Shown here piece after piece: positions 51,101 to 61,020 of a DNA stretch of 64,000 nucleotides. The notes below the pieces were generated by a model. The model saw nothing but the letters and a program-made list of their open reading frames with translations, ran no database searches and was not told the DNA's origin. The stretch spans positions 1,116,001 through 1,180,000 of the forward strand of contig LSRY02000012.1 of the NCBI GenBank assembly GCA_001643675.2, in the 5' to 3' direction. The position numbers were made by a program, and so were the translations under genes. This stretch comes from Monocercomonoides exilis PA203 (Eukaryota; Protista; Preaxostyla). Each line of letters opens with the position of its first letter. The first letter of the stretch is position 1.

Positions 51101-52030
51101 CAGCGAAATTCAATCGAATTTTCTTCTTCAGGATTTTGTCTTCTTCTGCAGAGGAGAAACATTTGAATCCTTTCACTTTCAGCTCAATCTTTTTCTCTCT
51201 TTCCAACAAAAAAAAATGAAAAATTGAGCGATCCCTTTTTCATTCCATCTCTTCTTCTTTAACTTGCCCCCATTCACAAAATATCTTCTTTCCTCAAAAA
51301 AAATTCTTCGCCAAAGGTTAATGCCAGGCATCTTCGATTTATCTTTAATTTCATCAATCTTCATTTCATTTTTCTTCCTTGCTTTTCTTCTTCTTCTTCA
51401 AAGCCATCCATTCCTTCGCTCTTTCAGCATTCTTTAAAAAAAATAATAATAATTACTTTAAATATATAACGACAGCAAACCTTCTAAACATATTTTAAAG
51501 TCAATAACTCTATGTTATCCTATTGGCAACTGTTTCCCTCCAATAAAAATTCATAATTCCTTCTGTTTTCAAGTGTTTCATCATCTGATTCTCCAATCAT
51601 CCTTTCCATCAGTTGTTTCTCCATCAAGTGAATCGATTTCTTGCTCTTCTGAAAAATGTGAAAAACTTGCATTCAGCTCAAATTCCATCTTTCTTAGTGA
51701 AAAAAAGATTGTTTTTCGTCAGAAAATTTCATCTCCAATTCCCTTCCAAGTCCCTTCATCCTGAACACTTTCCTTATGAATTCGCTGTCCGATCTTGATA
51801 GTCAGACTGAATAACAAGAAATAGTGCTTTTATTCATTTTCGATCATTTCTATCTGCTGCTCTGAAATCAGTGCAAAAGCTGTCAATAAATAAACACTCA
51901 TATTTTGAAAACAAATAAATAACAAACCTTCTTCTCTATTTAAAACGAAAAATCCTTCTTCAGCGCCTTATGAGTCCACAAATTTTTTGTTTATCCAAAG
52001 GAATACTGCTTGTTTGAAATGCGTAGCTCT
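48150..52030. pseudogene. Decayed gene fragments carried inside the hAT element
   Basis: GC-richer coding-like segments. ORFs 49266-49736 and 49743-50228 are one frame split by a TAG. Minus-strand remnants with GT-AG intron-like gaps lie at ~51100-52030. No family recognised. Confidence 0.5.
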
Positions 52031-52748
52031 ATTTCTTCAATAGATAAAAAATTAGAACAAAAAGAGAAATAGAAATCATTTCAAATCTTAAAGTTTCTAT
52101 CTCAAACTTAAATAGAAAAATTGCATTTCATGACTATTGAAAATGGTATTATTTCTTTTTCGTAAACAACAAAAATAAAAATTTAAGCAAACATGTCAAT
52201 ATCCATTTCTTTTTCATATTGAAGTTCAATATATTCAGAATATATGGGTCAAGCAATTTATCAAAAAATAACAAACAAATCATAAATTTTCCAAACAATT
52301 GTAATGTCCAATCACTGATCTTTGATTTTTGAAAATTTTGCAAAAATAATTATGGAACAAATAAATTTAAAAATTTGAAAATGCATTAAAATATGATTAA
52401 TAATATTTTTGAATGAATGTTTTTTTAGAAATTTTTTGCATTGGACACCAAATAACAAACGAATTTGAAATTTTAAAATACTGACGTGAAAAAACTCCAG
52501 TGACGGACGTGAAGGGAAAATCTTCTTCACGTCACTCAGGTTTAGTTAATGATATTGCTATTGTCAAAACAAATAATTTCAAAAAAATCCCATTGAGATA
52601 AAAAATTTGATCAAACCTCAAACGAAAGGTATGATTTATAAAATAATCAGCCATATAGTATTTAATATGTTTTTTTGATAAAATTTCTATTTCGAATAAC
52701 GCAGTTTTTTTTGCATGAACGTATAATTCATAATTAATTAATTTATTC

Positions 52749-53943
52749 ATGTCTTTTTCTCAATCCAAAGGAAAGAACACCTCAGTAAATCCAACGAGGC
52801 AACCTATTGGAAAAAGTGTAAATCAAATTACAAAAACTGCCTCGAGACCAGAGCAAACGTATGCAAAAATTTCAGATATAAAAAAGTAGAACGATTAATT
52901 ATTGGTGTAATTTCATTTCAAATTTACAGGCAATCTACCTCTGGAGCAGGATCAAAGCAACTGACTCGAGCAAAGGCTCCATATTCAACATCGCGAATCG
53001 GACAAAATTCAAAGCCATCATCACATTCTCAGTTACAGCCAGATATTTTCAAAAAAATTGTTCCAGATTTTAAACCAGAAAATATAGGATCTTTTTTCCC
53101 TCTTCCAGAGGGAAGAATTCGTTTGATTATTTTTTATCTTATTATTTTAAAAAATTATTTTTAATAACAATTTTGTTTTTCCGTAAAGCACCAATTAATT
53201 TCCCGATTGAAGTCCCAACCGATAATCCGGCTCATAAATTTGAGGTTGATGTTCCAACACTTTTCCCAACAATCACACACGTATCTATAGTGTCATATAC
53301 AATTCTTGGCGTTCCTCTTGATAGTGCTGGCCGCCCAGTATCTACTTCACTTAATGTATGCTTTCCAGATTTGCATACAACTTCTGTCCTTTTGATTGGT
53401 TCACCTCGTACGCCAGCAGCTTTAAGCTCTTCATCTGCAGGGAAAGACGGTACATTAACCCCAATTTCTACGTTATCTCCACGAACAACACGTCGCAATG
53501 ATTCGTCACCAACTTCTGGAGGAAGTGGTGAGAGCAGTCCAACCCCGCACTCATCTCCTCCACTCGCGCCAAAGAAAATTACTGATTTGTGCATCAACCT
53601 TCCGCTCACAGGCGTCTCAACGCAGTGCGAATACTTTCCTGAACGTGTCCTTCATCCAGACTTTGCGCAGCTTGCCGCATTTCAATCCACTTCACCGTTG
53701 GCTTCTTCTACTTCTTATTCCACATCCTTTATGCCGTCTTCATCAGCTGCATCATCAAATCAATCATCATCCTCGTTGTCTGCGCTGTCGTCTGGGTCGA
53801 GCGCCTCATCAGGAACAATGTCTCCACCCACAAATGCTTCGACAAAGAGATTGCGTCTTGTTCTTCTCGGATGCGACGGATATCCTTTGACAGTGCAAAA
53901 GCTGTTCCTTCTCCTCCGTGTTTACGGGAAAGGAGAGGCTTGA
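52749..53943 (+). CDS. Hypothetical Ser/Pro-rich protein, 3 exons
   Basis: ATG at 52749. GT-AG introns at 52859-52929 and ~53121-53188 join in phase to the 256-aa ORF. Confidence 0.7.
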
Positions 53944-54691
53944 ACTTAATAATTAATATTGTGATTATATCTTGTTTTCATGTTTATTTACAAAAAATTT
54001 TAATGTTTCTTTTTCAGTTTGTAATATTTTTTTAGAAAGAAAATTGCAGAATTATTTTCTGCATTTTTTTTACAAGTTTTTTGTTTTCAATTTGAAAGAA
54101 TTAACCAATTTTTAGTTATGTTTGTTTGCTTCTGCAATAACCCCTTCACTCGCATCAACTATAAATTGAATACATGATGCCATCAAATGCTTCATGTGAC
54201 AAAAACATACATATAACGTTATCGCCCCTGTTACAACCGCTCAAGATCGAGAAATAACCCGAGCAGAGGTAATGAAAATGAAAGTGAAGATCAAAATTGT
54301 CGAGCTTTGCAGAAAAAGGAAGTTAAGCCGATGAATAATGCAAAAATTCTCAAAAGAGATAGAACTGAATTGTATGAAGAGAAGTTCAAAAAAAAAAATT
54401 GAAAAATAAGTACAAATAAAAATAGGAAAAGAAAACGTTTGCAAAGATTACAGGACAGCAATCTCCAGAAAATAACAAGACGCACGCAACAAAACAAAAC
54501 CTTTTCTTTCGAATGGAAAATTACAAGTCATTCAAATATTTTAATTTCATTTTAAAAAGAAGCATATAACAAAAATAAAAGAAGAAGAAAGAGAGATAGA
54601 GAAATCAACCCCAAAAATATTTTCATTAAAAAAAGGAAAGAAGTTTGCAATTATATTTACTCTGCTTCAATTTGAACATTCATTGCCTTGT

Positions 54692-57258
54692 TTAATTATT
54701 TGCATTTTCTTTTTCTTTTTCCTTTCCCTTCTCCTTCTCCTTCTCCTTCTCCTTTTCATTATCCTTTTCCTTTTCATTCTCCCTCTCATTCTCCTTCTCC
54801 CCCGAGCGATCCAAGCCTATGACAAAGTAGAGGAAGTAGTCTGGATATGAGAAGTGATCCAGCAGGAACATCAGCGGCGTGTCCAGCGGCACACGCACCG
54901 AGTGGCAGTAGACAGGAGGAAACTGCAGAGAAGGAGAACAAGGACGCTGCGGCTGGAGATCGCGGGACGACAAGAGAGGAGGCGTCATAAGTGCTTCTGG
55001 GTATGAAATCTCATCCTTTTCGGGATCAGCATCAGGCGAAGCATCAGGTGAAGCATCAGACGATGGTGAGGCAGAAGAGAGAGAAGACGTAAGGGCAGCT
55101 GATGGAGTGGAAGAAGAAGACGCAATGTCACTTGCATCGCTGGCTGACAGATGAGCACTCGAAGAAGAGGAAGAGGCAGACAATGATTGTGAAGATGAGG
55201 CAGGATCTGTCGAACCTGCTGGACTGGCTGAGCTTTCAATAGGAGATGAGTCAGATGGAGAAGAAGAAGGAGACAAAGCAGTCTTTTGAGCATCAGGACG
55301 AATAACTTCGTTTTCTGAGGATGAGCTGTTTGCTGCTGGCAGAGCTGATGAGTCAGATGGCAACTGCAAAGATGGGTTCTGAGGCGATGGGAGATCTGTT
55401 GAGCTGGAAGAAGCAGAATTGGCTGGGGTTGCTGATTCAGATGCATTGGATTCACTTTGTGTTTGTGAGCTTTCGGATTCCTTCTTCGTATTCTTATCGT
55501 CTTCACTCTTTTTTTCACCTTTTCCTTCGTCTTCTTCAACGTCTTCTTCGACATCCCCTTCTTCGTCTTCTTCGTCGTCGTCTTCTTCATCACTCAAATA
55601 CTCACTGTCGCTCTCTTCATTCAGCTCAGGAAACACTTCTTCAGGCTCTCTATTGTACAATTCAGGAAGCACTGTGTGCAAATAGTGATAGAGCGTGTAG
55701 AATGGACTGTCTGTGTGTTTCAACAAAAACATAAAAAAAGGCAAGGCGACACGGATGAATGGAATGGATCAATTCATATGGACACATATTTTCAAGCAGA
55801 ATAGTTCAAATAATTTAAAGAATATACAAAAGAAGATAACACAATATATAAATACAAATTCAAATACATTTATAAATTAATAGAAAATTGAATTATCTTC
55901 AATGTAAACAAAGCAGTTCATACATTTCTGAAGATAGTCGTATTCCTTTTGATAAATCTTTTTTTCATCAGGGTCTTTTGGACGTCTCCCTTTTGACACT
56001 TTCTTTCTGCCTTTTGCTTTACCTTCTTTGCTGCTTTCTTCATTTCGCTCATTTTCTTGTTTCTGTTTCTCTGAATCTTCACTCACGGAAGAAGAAGATG
56101 CAGAAGCAGAAGCAGAAGCAGAAGCTGAAGCTGATGCAGAGCTGACAGACTGTCCCTCTTCTTTGGCTTCTGAGGACGATGCTGTTGAAACATCAGCCGA
56201 TGAAATTCCGGCAGACTCATCTTTCACACTTTCAGAATTCTGATTAGCATTCTCATCATCTTTATCTTTAGCAGACTCAACCGATTGGACTCCAGCCTGC
56301 TCTTTATTCCCGTGTTCGCTCTCCTTTTTGAGCATTCTCTTTTCTGCCTTTCTTCTCTCTCTTTCTGCTTCCCTTTGTCTTCGTCTTTCCTCTTTTTTCT
56401 CTATCCTTTCAGTTTTCATCTTTTCAATAACATGCATTGGCACAATCTTTTGTACGTAAGGACGCTCATTTTTACTGAAAAATATTCGTATAGGAAAGTT
56501 GTTATTGTCAACTTCATTTCGCAAAAATTTTTCATTTGTAAAATAGCTGTAATCTTTGAGGCTTCCTTCAGCAATTGATTTAACCATTGTCCTCAGTTTA
56601 TCTTCTCCTATAGCTACAATATCTTGAGATTCATTATAACGAAGCATTAGCGCCTTGCAAAAAAATATGAAGTTACATCTCCATAAACATCGAAGAATTA
56701 TAAAAGCAAACTTCTTTGCACATTGGGAGAAAAAGTGACTTATTTACATCTTCATCCGCGACTGAAAGTATTTTTTCTTTTGGAAAATTTTCGAAGCAGA
56801 AAGTTATTTCCCATGGAAGAAGATCTTCGGTGATTGTTTCAACAGATTTCTGTGCAGAAACAACATGAATATCAAATAACAGTCCAATAGGATATTGCCT
56901 GGTACAAGAAAGTTCAACTTACATTTTTTTATGAAATATTTATCAAACCATTCCAAAGGCTCACCGTTGAAAGTAAAATATATGTTATTTTTCTTGAGAT
57001 TTGGAATAATATTTTTAAAATTGTCATAAACAGATGCTCTATAATACGTGAGATATGAAGAAAATGGTGCGTATATCTAACATTTATAAATGATAAAAGT
57101 GTACGTAACATTCTCAAAAATACAGAAAATCATGTCGATAACAATTGCTAACACACTTGATAAATTGGAAGTTTCAAATCTTGAATTTCAACAGTTGGAT
57201 CGCATTGTATGTGCAAAAGAATACCACTTTTCCACAATTCACTCTGTATTAGGGACAT
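54692..57258 (-). CDS. ATG5: Autophagy protein 5 with large low-complexity insertions, multi-exon
   Basis: Spliced product includes MSLIQSELWKSGI.., FTFNGEPLEWQYPIGLLFD, LPWEITFCFENFP, FLPMCKEALMLR, FPIRIF and the C-terminal VPLDTPLMFLLDHFSYPDYFLYFV. All are ATG5 signature blocks. Confidence 0.88.
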
Positions 57259-57313
57259 CAAATAAAAGGAAGATAATTCTTTTTCGTAAAGTAACTATGG
57301 TAAAAGATCATCA

Positions 57314-60300
57314 ATGCACACATGGATGCGATATCTCTCCAGTGCGGATGCTGGAATAATTAATTTGATAGACAGCGGAGCATCGCTCGAAGAGATATTA
57401 AATTCAGAAGATATCTTATGCAGTGTACGAGCTCAAACGACAAAATTGATTGATTAGTATACAAACCTCGCCTAATTATTGCATTTTATCAAACGATGAC
57501 TATTTATATGTAAATTCTATTTTATAATTATTAGTCTCACACTTCCAGAAGTTTCACTTCAATTGCTGCACTATATGGTTGATGAGGCAAAAAATGCAAA
57601 AGATGATAATGAAAGATATAAATATCCGTATCTAGCATCAGAAATATTAGCTGAAGATCAAGCATCTCTGCGAAAAGCATTGATGAGTCAGCAATGTTTA
57701 GATCTAATCTTCAGTTTTCTCGAGCGAGAAGAGCCAATTCAACCTTTATATGCACATCATGTTTGCCGCGTCTTCCACAATCTTCTTTGTCAATTTGGTA
57801 CAACAGTATGCATTATTTATTTGATTTTGTAAAAAAGTTTGAATATGTCACAACATTATCAGCTTATTGAAATGATGGACGAACGCAATTCAGTCGAGAA
57901 ATTCGTGAGACATCTTGAGTGCTTTCCATTCTGTGAGCTTCTATATGATATCATAGTCATCGTTGAAACAGAAAGAGATAAAGTTGGCTTAATAGAAGTG
58001 TGCTTTTATTTTTATTTTTAGTTTATTTTAATATTTGAATTTATTTTATTTTTTACCAAAATTTCCGTAGTGGATGAAAAAGTTCAATCTTGTTTATCTT
58101 TTACTTAAAGCAATGAAAGAATCACGACACCCCTTGGTTTGCAACAATTATTTTATTTTATTTTATTATCAGCTATTTTTTATTTTTAATCAATGCCCAT
58201 CTTTTCGAAAAAATGCAATTTTTTTAAAACCAAAATACATTTTAATTGTAAAAGATTCCATCAAACACTGGCCAGATTTTAAACAACATTATCGGGCGTT
58301 TTGCACCGACCAACCGGGAAGAGCTGTTCAACGACATTTTCGCAGACCGAGAAGCAGAGCTTCTAGTCTCAATGGCAACATCGCCAGGTTCTGTGTCTAT
58401 TGAGGCCTTTACGTCAGCTGTGTCACTTTTGATAGACATCGTATGGAATACGCGTGTGGCTCTGAATGAGGAGAAGATGGTTCCTGTGCAGGCAGACGTT
58501 GCTCCGCCGGCGTTTGTGCAGAAGTATGTTCTGGGCAACTTTGAGAAGTTTGTGGATACCCTGCGATATGATTGGACAACAGACGAGAAGAAAGGGGCTG
58601 TTAAGGAATCACTGAAAAAGGAAGAAGAAGCAAAGGAGAGGAAAGAGGGAGAGGAAAAAGAAGAAAAAGAAGAAAAAGAAAAAGAGAAAAAGGAAGAAGA
58701 ATGTTGCGCAAAGTCAAGTTCAGATTCTAGTTCAAGTGGAGAAGATGAGCTAAGCAGACTGGTGAAAAAATCTTCATATCTTCGAGGAAGAAGCGTAGGA
58801 AATTACCGAATCAAAGGTTTGAACCAATTATTTGACACAATAATATCATGACTTTATTTATGTTATTCTTTATTATTATGATTAATACGACCTTCTTATA
58901 TGCAATTGATATTCCATCACTCCAGTTATTATACTGCTCTCAACTCTTGTCAGGAGCGGGTATGGCCGAGCAGTGGACGATGCGTTCATCACCTCCTCAG
59001 CGATGACAGAGATCGTCGACCTCTTCTTTGAGCACCCGAACAACACCATTCTCCACTCAGAGGTGTACACGCTGCTTGAGCAGTGCATCTTGGTGCGCGG
59101 GGCAGAGCTGAGGCACCACGTGGCAGTTGAGTCGCCGCTGACAGCACAGGTGGTGAAGATGCTGAGGTGCGAAGACGAGAGGCTGAAGAAGAAAGCAGAG
59201 CTCGCTGACTCACAGGCAAAGGAGAAGGAGAGGAAGGAGAGGAAGAGAGAAGAGAAGAGGAAGAAGAAAGAGGAAGAAAGAAGGAACAGGAGGAAAGAGA
59301 GGAAGCTGGCGAAGGAGAAGAAGAACGAAGAGAACAAAGCCAAAGGAGAAGGAGAAGGCGAAAACAGTGAACGTTCTGTTGACCCCAGCAATAACACCAC
59401 TACCACTTCTGATTCAGCATCCGAATCAGAAGCACTTTCAGAAGAAGAAGGAGAAGAAGGAGAAGAAGCTGAAGAAGAAGACAGTGACGATGAAGACGAC
59501 TTCCGTTTTGCGAAGCGCCCAGTTGTGCGTGTCATGCCAGCGCCGTGCCACATGGCGCATGTGCTGCACTTTGCGCGTGTGTTGGAGGAGCATCGCTTTG
59601 AGATCGACGGGCTGGACGAGCGGCTGACGAAGGAAGGCGACTGGGAAGTGCTGTATGAGAACATTGTGACGCCGCAGATGAAGCGGCAGGAGCCTGAGCT
59701 GAATGAAGAGCTGGACGAGCTGGGCGGTGTGGACGACGGGGATCTGATGGGGCAAGGGGGAGGGTATGGCCTTCTGTCGAGCGAGGAGAAAGGGAACGGG
59801 ATGGACTGGATATTGGCGGGGGACGGGGATGAGGGGGATATGGAAGGGGAGCTTGGGGCAGATGACGAGGAGGAAAGAGAGCAGATGGGAGCGAATGAGA
59901 GGGCGGAAGAAGGCGGGGCGGGGTATGGAGGAGAGGAGGAGTTTGAGAGTGTGTATTCACATCAACACCACATAACACAACACGAGGAAGACGGAGAGTA
60001 TAATGAGATCGTTGGGAAAGAGCAGAACTCGAAGGACTTTAAGGATTTCAAAGATTACAAGGAGGAGGAGGAGGAGATGGTGGCAGCGGGATCTTTCGCT
60101 GAGTCACAGCCATCATCATCATCATCATCATCAGCAACAGCAACAGCAGCATCAACAACAGAAGAAACAGAACCAAAAAACGAAGAAGCGAAGAAAGAAG
60201 AAAGTAACCTAAAGGAAAATTCCACATCTTCAGCAACGCCAAAAGACGAGAGTGACACACAAGAGTCCAAAGATACCCACAGACCCGCTGCTCTTACTCT

Positions 60301-60553
60301 TCCATCACAGTTCCTATCGAGTTCTGGCTCGCCCATATCACCTCGCCATCTGCTGGCGCAGTCGCACTCGCACTCGCCTGTCTCTCCCTCTGAGACCAGT
60401 CTGAGCGCAATGACAGTGCTGGACATCGGCGGCGGGAAGGAAGGGGACAAGATTCTGCTGGGATCGCCGAGTGACATCGTCGTTGATGAGATCGATGAGA
60501 GAGAAAAGGAAGAAAAAGGCGAAAAGGAAAAAGAAGTTCCGGGAGATTCATAG
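57314..60553 (+). CDS. SIT4-associated protein / PP6 regulatory subunit (SAPS domain), multi-exon
   Basis: SLEEILNSEDIL..RAQTTKLIDYL, RYKYPYLASEIL, VGNYRIK and VDLFFEHPNNTILHSEV, followed by an acidic C-terminal tail. Confidence 0.88.
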
Positions 60554-61020
60554 AAAATGAAGTGCTGTAGTGTCTTTTTTGTTTCATTTTTATTTTATTT
60601 TATTTTATTTTATTTCTCCTTGTTGACCTATGTTGTATTCAATAAAGACTTACTATGGCATTTTTTATATTCGCATGTTTACAAGCATATGTATGCATTC
60701 AGAGCACAATGCGTTTTAAACTTTTTTCAACCTCATTTCAAAAGATTGATTTTTTATCATTTTTTTTTCAAAATTGAAAGCACTGTTTAGGTGTTTTGAT
60801 TTGAAACACAATCTTTCATGTTCAATTCGTTATTGTGTTCTGAACTATTGAAATGGAACTCTTTTTATTGTTGTATCGTTATTAATCCCTTTCCTTCCAT
60901 TATTTTTTGCACGTCATCATATCTTTCAACAATCAGTTACAATTATTTCAAAAAAGACAATATTTGAAAACAATTTTATTATATTTTCTGATCAAATCTC
61001 ATTAATAATTTGTTTTGTAA

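Larger units (their letters stand above)
44235..52544 (+). mobile_element. Full-length hAT DNA transposon, 8310 bp, with cargo
   Basis: Perfect 16-bp TIR TAAACCTGAGTGACGT at 44235-44250 and 52529-52544. 8-bp TSD GTTAATGA at 44227-44234 and 52545-52552. TGACGT/TGACGG subterminal motifs at both ends. Encodes a hAT transposase. Confidence 0.93.
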
